Part shown: positions 1-9,946 of the stretch, one piece after another
How the letters are laid out: each line of letters begins with the position of its first letter
Position numbering within the stretch: position 1 is the stretch's first letter
NCBI GenBank assembly: GCA_965215565.1
Contig: CBDCDZ010000004.1
Location: 2,176,001 to 2,240,000, forward strand
Direction of reading: 5' to 3'
Source of the DNA: Trueperaceae bacterium
Lineage (GTDB): Bacteria; Deinococcota; Deinococci; Deinococcales; Trueperaceae
DNA length: 64,000 bases
The notes under the pieces: model-generated
What the model saw: the letters and a program-made list of their open reading frames with translations, nothing else
Database searches by the model: none
Told to the model about the DNA's origin: nothing
Translations under genes and position numbers: made by a program

Positions 1-22
1 AGTCAGAATAAGCTTTTACTGT

Positions 23-157
23 TAGCAGTTCCACGACACACTGAGATAGTTGAACGCAGGTCTCAGCTCGCAGAGCTAGCGGAATTTCATCCCTTAAAGT
101 GCGTGCTAAACAGCGTTTCATAAAGTGAGAGTGTCTCTGACCAGATGATACCTGCTA
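23..157 (+). mobile_element. MITE-like repeat family B, copy 1 (TAGCAG...CTGCTA termini)
   Basis: Shares ends and internal motifs (gtgcgtgcta, aaagtgagagtgt, tgaccagatgatacctgcta) with 21216-21326, 32267-32398 and 52637-52819; non-coding. Confidence 0.75.
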
Positions 158-165
158 TGTTAAGG

Positions 166-233
166 GAGCCTATCAGCAAGTCAGCATTTCAGCGGGTCAG
201 AAAAACCTCACCTGCTGGCTAGCTGACACGCTC
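166..233. repeat. Intergenic repeat family E (TCAGC.../...GCTGA inverted short-tandem units)
   Basis: tcagcaag-tcagcatt-tcagc ... gctggctagctga; similar blocks at 29270, 33405, 45953. Confidence 0.6.
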
Positions 234-256
234 TCAATCTCTGGTAAACTGGCGGG

Positions 257-1390
257 GTGACGTTCTCTGAAGTCCTGCGCGACTACCACCGCCTCGAGCC
301 CCATCCCCTCCAAAACGGACGCTACGTAACGAAAAAGGGCGTGCGCGGCTACCCTGACGTTCCGGCGGGCGCGACCTTATTAGCGAAGGAAGCGGACCTT
401 TCCGCCGACAAGGTGAGCGACTTGACGGGCAGCGCGGGGTTCGTAGCGTTGGCGGCGCTCAGGCAAGGGGCGAGGGAGGTGCGCGTGGTGGAAAGCTCGA
501 GAGCTGCCCTGCGCTGCGCTAAGGAGACGTTCTCGGACAAACCTGTGACGCTCGTCGCGGGCGCACCTTGGGACGTTCCCGCTGAATCCACCGACCTCGT
601 ATGCCTCGCACCTCAAACGGACAAGGGAACGGCGAGGGTTCTCGCCGAGTTCGCGGGGGCGCACGCCGCCCTAAAGCAGGGCGGCGTCGCCTACTTCGTG
701 ATGCACAAAGACGGGGGCGCGAAGCGTTACGAAAAGCGGGCGGCAGCGCTTTTTGGCAGCAGCAAGGTCATCGCAAAAGAGGGTGGGTGGCGGCTTTCTC
801 GAGCCATTAAACAAGAGGTCACTGACCGAGAGGATAGAGAAGAGGTGCAGCCCTTAGCCTTCGAGGTTGCAGGGCTGAATGTAGAGGCGTTTCCAGGGAT
901 TTACGCAGCGGGCAAGCTCGACCCTGGCACGGCGTTTTTGCTCGAAACCTCAAACCTCTCTCCCCTATCGGGAAAGCGCGTCCTAGACCTCGGCTGCGGC
1001 TACGGGCTTCTAGCCCTCAAAGCCTCGCTCGAGGGCGCGTCGGTAACGGCATTAGACGACGATTTGCTCGCCGTGCGCAGCGCCTACCGAAACGCTGAGC
1101 GCTACGGCTTGGACGTGCGCGCGTTGCACTCCGATGTCGATTCGAAAATTCAGGACGAAATGTTCGACACCGTGCTGATGAACCCCCCTTTTCACATCGG
1201 TAAGCAAGTCGTGATGGATGTGCCGCGCGCCTTTTTAGCCGCTGCTCACGCGCACTTGCGCCCCGGCGGAACCCTTACGCTCGTCGCAAACAAGGCGCTC
1301 CCTTACGAACGGGACTTGGCACGGTGGGCGTCATTCGAAACATTGGCGGTGAACGGACAATTTAAGGTGTTAAAGGCAGTGAAAAGTTAA
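257..1390 (+). CDS. rsmC: Class I SAM-dependent methyltransferase, RsmC-like (16S rRNA m2G methyltransferase family)
   Basis: Two-domain MTase; PGIY..GKLDPGT, VLDLGCGYG and NPPFH motifs; TAAACT 6 nt before the GTG. Confidence 0.75.
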   Translation: MTFSEVLRDYHRLEPHPLQNGRYVTKKGVRGYPDVPAGATLLAKEADLSADKVSDLTGSAGFVALAALRQGAREVRVVESSRAALRCAKETFSDKPVTLVAGAPWDVPAESTDLVCLAPQTDKGTARVLAEFAGAHAALKQGGVAYFVMHKDGGAKRYEKRAAALFGSSKVIAKEGGWRLSRAIKQEVTDREDREEVQPLAFEVAGLNVEAFPGIYAAGKLDPGTAFLLETSNLSPLSGKRVLDLGCGYGLLALKASLEGASVTALDDDLLAVRSAYRNAERYGLDVRALHSDVDSKIQDEMFDTVLMNPPFHIGKQVVMDVPRAFLAAAHAHLRPGGTLTLVANKALPYERDLARWASFETLAVNGQFKVLKAVKS

Positions 1391-1500
1391 AAGCAATCCA
1401 GTCGAGCTGGTGTACGTTAGTTTTTGCGAAGCAAACGGTACGGTGAGCAATGAGTGAAAAGCTTTAGACTCATTGCTTTCAACTCATTGCTCATTGCTCA
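1384..1500. repeat. Intergenic repeat family A (GAGCAAT/ATTGCTC heptamer inverted array) with nested GAA-hairpin micro-element
   Basis: gagcaatgagtgaaaa...ctcattgctttcaactcattgctcattgctc; related copies at 19765, 27686, 34692, 48331. Confidence 0.75.
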
Positions 1501-2398
1501 GAACGTAGCCTCCACTCGGCTCGAGCCCCAACACCTGCCCCCCGTTCACAAAGGCTTGCATCTCACGCCTGACCTCTCGCGTCACCTCGCCCAAGCTGAT
1601 CGCCGCGAGCGTCGGTCCTGCACCCGAAAGGAAGGCGGCGCTTGCGCCTACCTCTAAGAGGCGCTGTCGACACTCGGCTAAACCCGGAATGAGCGGTTCG
1701 CGGTAGGGCTCGTGGAGCACGTCTTGCGCGGCGACGCGCAGCAGTTCGGGCTTGTTGAGGGCGACGGCAGCGGTCCAGAGGGCGGTGCGGCTCGCGCTAT
1801 AGATAGCGTCCGCGCGGGCGTAACTCGCGGGCAAGGCGGCTCTCGCCTCGCTCGTCAAGAGTTCGAAGTCGGGCACGGCGAAGCTGAAGCGCCAGTCGCT
1901 CGGCAGAGGTAAAGTTTGGCAGAGATAGCCCCCCTCCGCCCGCGCGCTCACCGTGAAGCCGCCGTAGACCGCCGGGGCGACGTTGTCGGGGTGCCCTTCG
2001 ATGTCGGCGGTAAGCTGAAACACGCCGTCTCGCCCCAGCCGCTCGCCCGTCCTCTCGCTTATCATTGTGTCCGCTAAAGCCGCGCCCGCGACGAGCGCGG
2101 CTGACGAGGAGCCTAGCCCTCTCGCCAGTGGAATGGGATTGTGAGCCTCCAACTGCACGCAGGGCGCACGTTCCCCTGATGCCGCGTAGACCGCCCGAAA
2201 GCCTCTGTGGATGAGGTTGTCGGGTGTGTCGGACACGCTACCCTCACCCTGGTAGATGAGGTGGTTTTCGGACGATAAGGTGGCGCTGACCTCGAGGTAG
2301 AGCCCCACCGCAATCCCTAAACAGTCGAAGCCCGGTCCCAAATTCGCACTCGTTGCGGGCACGCGAACCGTGATGCGCTCCGTCATAGCATCCGTCAC
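1484..2398 (-). CDS. thrB: Homoserine kinase
   Basis: VPATSANLGPGFD, IPLARGLGSSSAA, EGHPDN and LSGAGPT motifs. Confidence 0.97.
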   Translation of the reverse strand: MTDAMTERITVRVPATSANLGPGFDCLGIAVGLYLEVSATLSSENHLIYQGEGSVSDTPDNLIHRGFRAVYAASGERAPCVQLEAHNPIPLARGLGSSSAALVAGAALADTMISERTGERLGRDGVFQLTADIEGHPDNVAPAVYGGFTVSARAEGGYLCQTLPLPSDWRFSFAVPDFELLTSEARAALPASYARADAIYSASRTALWTAAVALNKPELLRVAAQDVLHEPYREPLIPGLAECRQRLLEVGASAAFLSGAGPTLAAISLGEVTREVRREMQAFVNGGQVLGLEPSGGYVLSNEQ

Positions 2399-3921
2399 GG
2401 CAGGTCAGACTTGATGCGCTTCAAATCCTGCCAAACGTCCGCGAAGTGCGTGATGAGGTCCGTCGCGATGAGCCCGTCGCCCCACCCCTGCGCGGCGCGC
2501 TCGCCCGCTACGCCGTGCGCGAACGCCGCCGCGCACGTCCGCCCGAAGAGGTCTTCTAACGTCTCAGCGCCCGCGCACCACGCGCCCAAAAGCCCGGAGA
2601 GCACGTCCCCCGAGCCGCCCGTCGCCATCCCCGGATGACCGTGCGTTGTGACGGCGGCGCGTCCGCCTGGTAGCGCGACCACCGTGGAGGCACCCTTGAG
2701 GAGGGCGACGGCGCGGCTCTTTTCAGCGAGCGCTTGCGCCGCCTGGACGGGGTCCCCCAGAATCTCCGAGGCGGAGCGCTCCAGGAGCCTCGAGGCTTCT
2801 CCCACGTGCGGCGTCAACACACAGCGCCCGTGCTCACGAACCGCCCCAAACCACGCCTCTCCGCCGGTCAACGCGCTCGCGTCGAGCACGGTGGGCACGT
2901 CGCTCTGCGCGATGAGTTCGCTCAGGTGAGGCGCGGCGCGTTCGTCCAAACCGGGACCGATGACGCGCACCTGGGCGCGTTTGTTTGAGAAGTCGGCGAG
3001 TTGCGCCAAGGGCTCCTCGTCCCACTTGAGGGGCTGAAAGATAATCTCCGCCCACGTGTTCGTGAAGCGCGCTTCGCCCGCCACCGTCACGAGCCCCGCG
3101 CCCGCCCGGAGCGCCGCGCGGCACGCCATCTCCGCCGCACCTAAGTACTGCTCGGAGCCCGCGATAACGAGAACCGTACCAACCTTGTACTTATGTGTAT
3201 CGTTTGAGCGCATCGGCAGGTGCTCGCTCACGTGTTCGGGCGTGAGCAGCGTGAGGCTCGAGTGCGCCGCCAGCACCTCTTGCGGGATGCCGATGTCAAC
3301 AACTTCAACCTCACCAAACGCGCCCCTCGCCGGATAGAAGGCGCTCGCGCGTTTAGGTCCGGCGAGTTGCACCGTCTTCGCCGCGCGGACGTACGGTCCG
3401 GTGAAGTTCACCTCATCCGCGTTTACGCCGCTCGGGATGTCGATGCTGAGGACGGGGGTGGGACTCGAGTTAAGCACCCCCACCACCTGCTCGAGTTCGC
3501 CCTCTAAAGGGCGGGACAAGCCGCTGCCGAAGAGGGCGTCAACCACGAGCGCGCAGGAGGTCAAGGTACGTTCTACAGAAGCCAAGTCCAGCGTCTCGGC
3601 TGCGCCCCCTACCGCTTTGAACGCGCCGCGCATCACGGCAGGGTCACCCGCAAGCTCGGCGGAGAGTTCGGCAACCCGCACGCTGTAGCCTGATAAAAGC
3701 AGATGTCGCGCCACGACGTAGCCGTCTCCGCCGTTGTTGCCTTTGCCGCAGAGGATGAGAACCGTACCTGGGTTGAACGGATAGTCTGTGCTCGAAAGAC
3801 GCTCGAGAACCGCGTCCGCCACCTTGCGCCCCGCTGTTTCCATCAGGATGAGAGAGGGGATGCCCGCGTTTATCGCCGCCTCGTCAACCGCGCGCATCTC
3901 CTTAGAGGTAAAGAGCTTCAT
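2395..3921 (-). CDS. nnr: Bifunctional NAD(P)H-hydrate epimerase/dehydratase
   Basis: YjeF-N (GKGNNGGDG, DIPSG) fused to YjeF-C (TPHVGE, ATGGSGDVL). Confidence 0.95.
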   Translation of the reverse strand: MKLFTSKEMRAVDEAAINAGIPSLILMETAGRKVADAVLERLSSTDYPFNPGTVLILCGKGNNGGDGYVVARHLLLSGYSVRVAELSAELAGDPAVMRGAFKAVGGAAETLDLASVERTLTSCALVVDALFGSGLSRPLEGELEQVVGVLNSSPTPVLSIDIPSGVNADEVNFTGPYVRAAKTVQLAGPKRASAFYPARGAFGEVEVVDIGIPQEVLAAHSSLTLLTPEHVSEHLPMRSNDTHKYKVGTVLVIAGSEQYLGAAEMACRAALRAGAGLVTVAGEARFTNTWAEIIFQPLKWDEEPLAQLADFSNKRAQVRVIGPGLDERAAPHLSELIAQSDVPTVLDASALTGGEAWFGAVREHGRCVLTPHVGEASRLLERSASEILGDPVQAAQALAEKSRAVALLKGASTVVALPGGRAAVTTHGHPGMATGGSGDVLSGLLGAWCAGAETLEDLFGRTCAAAFAHGVAGERAAQGWGDGLIATDLITHFADVWQDLKRIKSDLP

Positions 3922-3984
3922 GGGATTAGTTTACGCGATTGGGGTGAGGTTGGGCGGGGCTCGCTAGCGTTGAGGTACCTTTTG

Positions 3985-4101
3985 GATAGTAGCTTTAATC
4001 TGAAATAAAGCTGATGTCAAAGCGAGGGGTTTCAACCCCTTGTTCACCACATAGAGATGGCAGAGGGAGCACATAGCAGCGTTCGACTCAGAACCACTAT
4101 C
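3985..4101 (+). mobile_element. MITE-like repeat family D, copy 1
   Basis: gatagtagctt...aaccactatc imperfect TIRs, internal aggggtttcaacccctt hairpin; copies at 21806-21922 and 56359-56487. Confidence 0.8.
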
Positions 4102-4425
4102 ATCTTTTGCAGACTGAGGCAACACTCGGGGTGTACATTAAGCCGCCCCAACTCAAGCTCGAGTATCCTCTTTCGCCTTCACCCTACTGGGCAAGTACGC
4201 CTCGAAATAGAGGTACAATGTTGACTTAGCCCGCGCTTACCCCTCGAGGCTCGCGTTTGGTTCTGACCTTTTGCACTTTGACTCTATCATTCCTGTGCGG
4301 CGGTTCGTGAGGCGTTGCAGCGAGACGCCCGGCGGCTCGGTAGGGGTGTAGACTGGGTTTTCATAAAGCAGCCCGTATGATTCCATCGTGACGTTCCCTC
4401 CCCACCCTCCACCCTGGAGACTCTC

Positions 4426-6660
4426 ATGTTCGCCTTCCTAGCCACGTTTATCAGCCGCCGTCCCCGCACCGTCCTCTTCACGTGGCTCCTGCTCACACTT
4501 CTCGCGCTACCCTTTGCCGGGCGCGTCGGCGAGGTGCTCTCCGCAGAGGCGAGTGTCGTGCCGGGCAGCGCCTCCGCGCAGGTCGAGCGTTTACTAAGCG
4601 ACGAATTCAGCGGTCAAGACCAGAGCCTCTTGGTGTTGGTGGTCAGAGCGGAAGACGCCAAAGTCGGCGAGCCCGCCTTCAACAACGCCTTCGAGTCGCT
4701 CGCCGCTAATTTGCGGGCGCTACCAGGCGTAGAGAACGTGCAGGACTACAGGAACGCGGGCGACCTGTCGCTCGTCGCGCCCGATAAAAGCTACGCGCTC
4801 TCGCTGCTCACGCTCAACCAGGCGGCGGAGGCGCGGCGCACGTTGGCGGCGGTGGACGCGGTCTTAGCCGAATCCGAGACCTTTACCTTCAACCTCTCAG
4901 GGAGTCAGGCGGTCAAGCGTGAGCTAGAAGAGATCAGCGGGCGCGACGCGCGTCGTGCGGAGCTGTTCGGCTTGCCGCTCAGCCTCCTCGTGTTGGCGGT
5001 GGCGTTCGGGGCGCTCGTGGCGGCGGGGCTTCCCTTACTCGTAGCGGCGGTCTCCGTAACGCTCTCCTACGCGCTGCTCTTCGCACTCGGTCAGTTCGTT
5101 CCCTTCGCGGTCTTTGCCCAGACGATCGTCACCATGCTTGGGCTCGCGACGGGCATCGACTACGCGCTCCTCATCGTGAACCGCTTCCGCGAGGAGTTAG
5201 CGCGCGCGGCGAACCCCCGCGCCGCCGCCGCCGCGACGGTCATGACGGCGGGCAAGGCGGTGACGTTCAGCGGCTTCACGGTGATGATCGCGCTCGGGGC
5301 GCTGCTCGTGCCTCCGCTGGACTTCATCCGCTCGATCGGTCTAGGCGCGATGGTGGTCCTGCTCATGAGCGTGTCCGTCTCGGTCACCGCGCTGCCCGCG
5401 CTCCTAGCGCTGCTCGGCGAGCGCGTCAACGCGGGCAGATTGACGCGGCGCGTCCCTGGGCAGCGCTCCCGCGCGTTCTGGCGCAAGCGCGCGCGCCAAG
5501 TACAGCGCCACCCGCTGCGCTGGGCGCTAGGCGGCACGCTCTTCTTGCTCCTACTCAGTCTGCCCGCCGCGCGCATCGTCCTAGCGGACCCAGGGAGCGA
5601 AGGGCTGAGCCCGGCGACAGACGCGCGGCAGGTTCAAAATGCGCTGGACGAGACTGGCTTGGCGGGCGTACTCGACTCGTTCGCGGCGGTTTTGGACTTT
5701 GGACAAGCGGGCTTTTTCGAGCCGGAGAGCGTGCGGACCGCCTCGAAGTTCTCGCGCGAAGCCGTCGACATCTCTGGGCTCGAGCAGGCGTACTCACCGA
5801 CGACGGCGGGCGGCTTGCCGCCGCTGCTCCTTTCCGGCTATTACGCAACGAGAGAAACCGCCTTAGAGAGTCCCCTCGCCGAGCTGGTCAGGACCACTGT
5901 CAGCGAGAGTGGGCGCTACGCCCTCGTGCGGCTCTTCCCGGCGGGTGACCTCACCCTCACCGAGGTGCGGCGCGTTGAGGGTGAACTGAGGGCGCTCGGC
6001 CGAGACTTAGGCGCTGAGGTCATTGTCGGCGGCAGCTTGGTGAACGAGCGCGAGTGGACGCGCACGCTCTACAGCAACTTCCCGCTCGCCGCCGCGCTCG
6101 TCTACCTCGCTACGTTCATCCTCTTGGGGCTCGCCTTCCGCTCGCTGCTCATCCCCATCAAGTCAATCCTCCTTAACAGCTTAACGGTCAGCGCGGCCTT
6201 CGGGGTGATCACCCTTATCTTCCAGTACGGTGCGGGCATCTCGCTACTGGGGCTACCTGAGGCGCTCGGCTACGTGGACAGCAGCACGCCCATCTTCGTC
6301 TTCGCCATCGTGTTCGGGCTCAGCATGGATTACGAGGTGTTTCTCGTCGCCCGCGTTTTTGAGGCGCACGAGCGCGGGCTCTCCGACGCGGACGCCGTCG
6401 CCGAAGCGATGGGCGCAACGGGCGGTGTCATCAGCAGCGCGGGGCTCATCATGATCGTGGTGTTCGCGGTCTTTATCTCGAGCCAAATCGTCCTCATCAA
6501 AACGCTCGCGTTGGGTCTTACCATTGCGATCTTTTTAGACATTACCCTCGTGCGCTTAGCGCTCGTGCCTGCGGTCATGTCCTTGGCAGGTACCTGGAAC
6601 TGGTGGCTGCCGCGCCCCCTCAAGCGCTTGGCGGAACGGGTCAATATGCAGCATGATTGA
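4426..6660 (+). CDS. MMPL (RND superfamily) transporter
   Basis: Two repeats with GIDYALLIVNRFREE and GLSMDYEVFLVARV; C-terminal NWWLP. Confidence 0.93.
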   Translation: MFAFLATFISRRPRTVLFTWLLLTLLALPFAGRVGEVLSAEASVVPGSASAQVERLLSDEFSGQDQSLLVLVVRAEDAKVGEPAFNNAFESLAANLRALPGVENVQDYRNAGDLSLVAPDKSYALSLLTLNQAAEARRTLAAVDAVLAESETFTFNLSGSQAVKRELEEISGRDARRAELFGLPLSLLVLAVAFGALVAAGLPLLVAAVSVTLSYALLFALGQFVPFAVFAQTIVTMLGLATGIDYALLIVNRFREELARAANPRAAAAATVMTAGKAVTFSGFTVMIALGALLVPPLDFIRSIGLGAMVVLLMSVSVSVTALPALLALLGERVNAGRLTRRVPGQRSRAFWRKRARQVQRHPLRWALGGTLFLLLLSLPAARIVLADPGSEGLSPATDARQVQNALDETGLAGVLDSFAAVLDFGQAGFFEPESVRTASKFSREAVDISGLEQAYSPTTAGGLPPLLLSGYYATRETALESPLAELVRTTVSESGRYALVRLFPAGDLTLTEVRRVEGELRALGRDLGAEVIVGGSLVNEREWTRTLYSNFPLAAALVYLATFILLGLAFRSLLIPIKSILLNSLTVSAAFGVITLIFQYGAGISLLGLPEALGYVDSSTPIFVFAIVFGLSMDYEVFLVARVFEAHERGLSDADAVAEAMGATGGVISSAGLIMIVVFAVFISSQIVLIKTLALGLTIAIFLDITLVRLALVPAVMSLAGTWNWWLPRPLKRLAERVNMQHD

Positions 6661-7135
6661 CACCATTTCCAGGTCGTTCCTGCGAGGATGACCTGGAAAC
6701 GCTAAGAGGTTGACTCAACCGACTTTCGGTGCGTCTCTTGCGCTGTCCACCTTGGACGGTAGCGTTATGCTAAAATGTGCAAGGGTAATCTGCTCGCGAG
6801 CGCACCAGACGGCGGCTCACCGCGTCAGGCAGCCGTCATTTTACTCATCTCACTATGGAACATTATTGGGTCAGGTATATAGCGTGGAGACTGTTTCTTC
6901 ATCATTCCTTAAAGAATTTCCCCCAGTTCGTTAGGAATGTGACGTGTTCGCGCTTTCGCGCTATGTCTTACTTATAAGGTGAGGGGGTATGGCAAGCAGA
7001 ACGCGCTGAGAAACGACGACATGATTACAGCTATCCCTACTTCTCCCGCAACGAGGGTCCCGGTGTCTACTAAGCGCACTAGGCAATGCTCACTTACGGC
7101 AACGTACACCGGCGCATCTCGTCGGAATCGACAGC

Positions 7136-9100
7136 GTGCATCTTTACAAATCGCACAAATTACCACTACGTCAGGATGGGGGCAAGGTGCAATCTAACCT
7201 TAAACAAACCAGTACCCGCTCAATCGGAGAGCAATTTATCAAACTCGATATTCGCCGCCGCAAGCTCGCAAAGTTCGCCATCGACCTAGCCATTTGGTCC
7301 GTCGCCCCGGCGCTCGCTTTCTTTATCCGTTACGACTGGTCCGTGCCCGCGGAAGGTTACATCGGCATCGTTACCGCGACGGCGCTGCTCGTCCTCTTGA
7401 AAACGGCGGTGACGGTTCCCTTCGGCTTCTACCGGCGAAGCTGGGTCAGAGTCGCGTTTAGAGACGTCGGAGAGATCGTCAAGGTCACTTTGGGTACCGC
7501 GCTCGCCGCGAGCGTCTTGCTCCTCTGGTTAGGTCCGTCCTTGCAGATACCCAGGTCCATCGCCATACTGGACGGGCTTATCGCGCTCTTCGCGATGAGC
7601 GGCGTGCGGGGCGCATTTCGCTACTGGCGTGAAAGCCGGTTGGACAGAGCCGCCGGGGGTGCGGGGCGCAAACGGGTTCTCGTCGTCGGCGCGGGCGAGG
7701 CGGGTTCACTGATCGTCCGCGAGATGTTGCGTCACCCAGAGACAGGGCTCCAGCCCGTCGGCTTCTTGGACGATGACCGCGAAAAGATAGGCTACCGCAT
7801 CGCAACAGTACCTGTGCTCGGCACCGTTGACGATCTGAGCGCCGTCGCTAAAGACCACAAGGTTGACGAAGTGCTCATCGCGCTCCCCTCAACGGACGGC
7901 AGAACGGTGCGCAATATCGTCGAGCGCATCGAAAGCGCCCATGCGAAGCTCAGATACCGCATCATGCCCGGCGTTTACGAACTTCTAAGTGGCGAAGTCG
8001 ACATCAGCCGCATCCGCGAAGTCGAGATCGAAGACCTCTTGCGCAGACCTCCTATCGCACTCGACACAGACGCGATCAGCAGCTATATTACCGGAAAAAC
8101 GGTGATGGTTACGGGCGCGGGCGGCTCAATCGGTTCCGAGTTGGTGCGGCAAATCTGCCGCTTCGAACCTAAAGAGCTGATCTTATTTGGGCACGGCGAA
8201 AATAGCATTTACAAGCTCGAGCGCGAACTCGACCGCGACTGGCCCAGCATTCCCTATCACAGCGTCATCGCCGCCGTGCAAAACGTGGTGCGCTTAGACT
8301 ACATCTTCCAGCACTACCGCCCGCAAGTCGTCTTCCACACGGCGGCGCATAAGCACGTCCCCTTGATGGAACTCAACCCCGAAGAGGCGATTTTCAACAA
8401 CATCATCGGCAGTAAAAACCTCGTCACGCTAGCGCTCAAGTACAAGGTCTCGCACTTCGTCAACATCTCAACGGACAAGGCGGTCAACCCAACCTCAATT
8501 ATGGGCGCGTCTAAGCGGATGGTTGAACGTGTCGTCCAGGCGGCGGCGCGGCAAGCGGGCGAGGAGCAGGTCTTCGCCTCCGTCCGCTTCGGCAACGTGC
8601 TGGGCAGTCGTGGCAGCGTGATCCCCGTCTTTAAGCAGCAGATTCGCGCGGGCGGTCCCGTCACGGTAACAGACCCCAACATGACCCGCTACTTCATGAC
8701 GATCCCCGAGGCGACGCAGCTCGTGCTCCAGGCTGCAGGACAGGGCAAGAACGGCGAAATCTACATTCTGGATATGGGCGAGCCCGTCAAAATTGTCGAT
8801 CTAGCACGCGACCTCATCAAGCTCTCCGGCTTCGAGCCAGAAACGGACATCCCCATCGTCTTTTCGGGTAAGCGCCCCGGCGAGAAGCTCTACGAAGAGC
8901 TAATGACTCAAGAAGAACGCGGCGCATCGACTGCACACAGGAAAATCTTCGTAGCTAAGCCTTCACCGCTGGATATCGATGAGTTAGAACGCACCGTCAA
9001 AGAGTTGCAAGAAGCCGCGCTCAATTCAGATCACGACAAGATTCGGCGGCAACTTGAAGATTACATCCACGGCTGCAACTTTGAGAGCTTGAAAGCTTAG
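7136..9100 (+). CDS. Membrane-anchored nucleoside-diphosphate-sugar 4,6-dehydratase (CapD/PglF family); true start may be GTG at 7187
   Basis: N-terminal TM segments; VTGAGGSIGSE, AAHKHVP, STDKAV, RFGNVLGSRGSV and RPGEKLYEEL motifs. Confidence 0.92.
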   Translation: MHLYKSHKLPLRQDGGKVQSNLKQTSTRSIGEQFIKLDIRRRKLAKFAIDLAIWSVAPALAFFIRYDWSVPAEGYIGIVTATALLVLLKTAVTVPFGFYRRSWVRVAFRDVGEIVKVTLGTALAASVLLLWLGPSLQIPRSIAILDGLIALFAMSGVRGAFRYWRESRLDRAAGGAGRKRVLVVGAGEAGSLIVREMLRHPETGLQPVGFLDDDREKIGYRIATVPVLGTVDDLSAVAKDHKVDEVLIALPSTDGRTVRNIVERIESAHAKLRYRIMPGVYELLSGEVDISRIREVEIEDLLRRPPIALDTDAISSYITGKTVMVTGAGGSIGSELVRQICRFEPKELILFGHGENSIYKLERELDRDWPSIPYHSVIAAVQNVVRLDYIFQHYRPQVVFHTAAHKHVPLMELNPEEAIFNNIIGSKNLVTLALKYKVSHFVNISTDKAVNPTSIMGASKRMVERVVQAAARQAGEEQVFASVRFGNVLGSRGSVIPVFKQQIRAGGPVTVTDPNMTRYFMTIPEATQLVLQAAGQGKNGEIYILDMGEPVKIVDLARDLIKLSGFEPETDIPIVFSGKRPGEKLYEELMTQEERGASTAHRKIFVAKPSPLDIDELERTVKELQEAALNSDHDKIRRQLEDYIHGCNFESLKA

Positions 9101-9121
9101 GCGCTCATCTAACAGGCCAAG

Positions 9122-9157
9122 CCCCTCAACCTCTTCGTAAGGTTGAGGGGTATTTTG
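9122..9157 (+). terminator. Probable intrinsic terminator
   Basis: cccctcaacct-cttcgta-aggttgagggg followed by tatttt. Confidence 0.7.
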
Positions 9158-9232
9158 TTAGGGGACAATTGTCTATTCAAAGACGGCGCTTTCAGGCCTT
9201 AAACTGGATACTGAGATGATGGGAATGACCTC

Positions 9233-9946
9233 ATGACGCCGACGCTGCCGCTCGCTTTCTTCGCGGGCGTGTTGTCGTTCTTGTCCCCTTGCGTACTGCC
9301 GCTCGTCCCCTCCTATTTAGCGTACGTCGGCGGGAGTTCGGCGGGAGCACGAGCGCCTAGATACCTCCTCGTTCGCAACAGCCTCTTTTTCATCCTCGGC
9401 TTCTCGCTTATCTTCGTGGGGCTCGGCGCGTCCGCCAGCCTCGTCGGAAGCCTTTTACAAGAAAATCGCCGCCTCCTCACACTCGTCGGGGGTATCCTTA
9501 TCGTCTCATTTGGTTTGGTGATGCTCGGCGCTGTCAAGCTGCCTTTCTTGTACCGAGACACCCGCCAGCAGTTCAGCGGCGACAGCAGCACACCCATTGG
9601 TGCGGTGCTCTTGGGCATGGCGTTCGCCGCAGGATGGACACCCTGTATCGGTCCGGTTTTGGGCGGTGTGCTGACGCTCGCAGGCGCGTCGGGGACGCTT
9701 CTATTCGGCGTCGCCCTCTTAGCGAGTTACGCGCTCGGGCTTGCGGTGCCTTTTCTGCTTTCAGCCTTGGCGATAGGCTCGTTTACGCGGTTCTCGAGCC
9801 GTTTCCGCCGCTACCTCCCCTGGGTCGAGCGCGTTTCGGGCGGTATCCTCGTTGTTGCCGGGGTCATGCTCCTTACAGGGACCTACACCGAACTCAACGC
9901 TTACCTCATCCGCTTCACGCCCGAGTGGTTGTGGAGCCGCCTATGA
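9233..9946 (+). CDS. ccdA: Cytochrome c biogenesis protein CcdA
   Basis: SFLSPCVLPLVP and GWTPCIGP motifs. Confidence 0.95.
   Translation: MTPTLPLAFFAGVLSFLSPCVLPLVPSYLAYVGGSSAGARAPRYLLVRNSLFFILGFSLIFVGLGASASLVGSLLQENRRLLTLVGGILIVSFGLVMLGAVKLPFLYRDTRQQFSGDSSTPIGAVLLGMAFAAGWTPCIGPVLGGVLTLAGASGTLLFGVALLASYALGLAVPFLLSALAIGSFTRFSSRFRRYLPWVERVSGGILVVAGVMLLTGTYTELNAYLIRFTPEWLWSRL

Noticed and set aside
3985..4101. Family D as a riboswitch
   Set aside because: Terminal inverted repeats and unrelated downstream genes (MMPL, cupin, crtY) fit a MITE better; no riboswitch consensus was recognised.
9634..9942. Long N-terminal extension of CcmA (and likewise CcmB from 10532)
   Set aside because: The extensions overlap the upstream genes out of frame; coupled starts at 9943 and 10667 give normal proteins.
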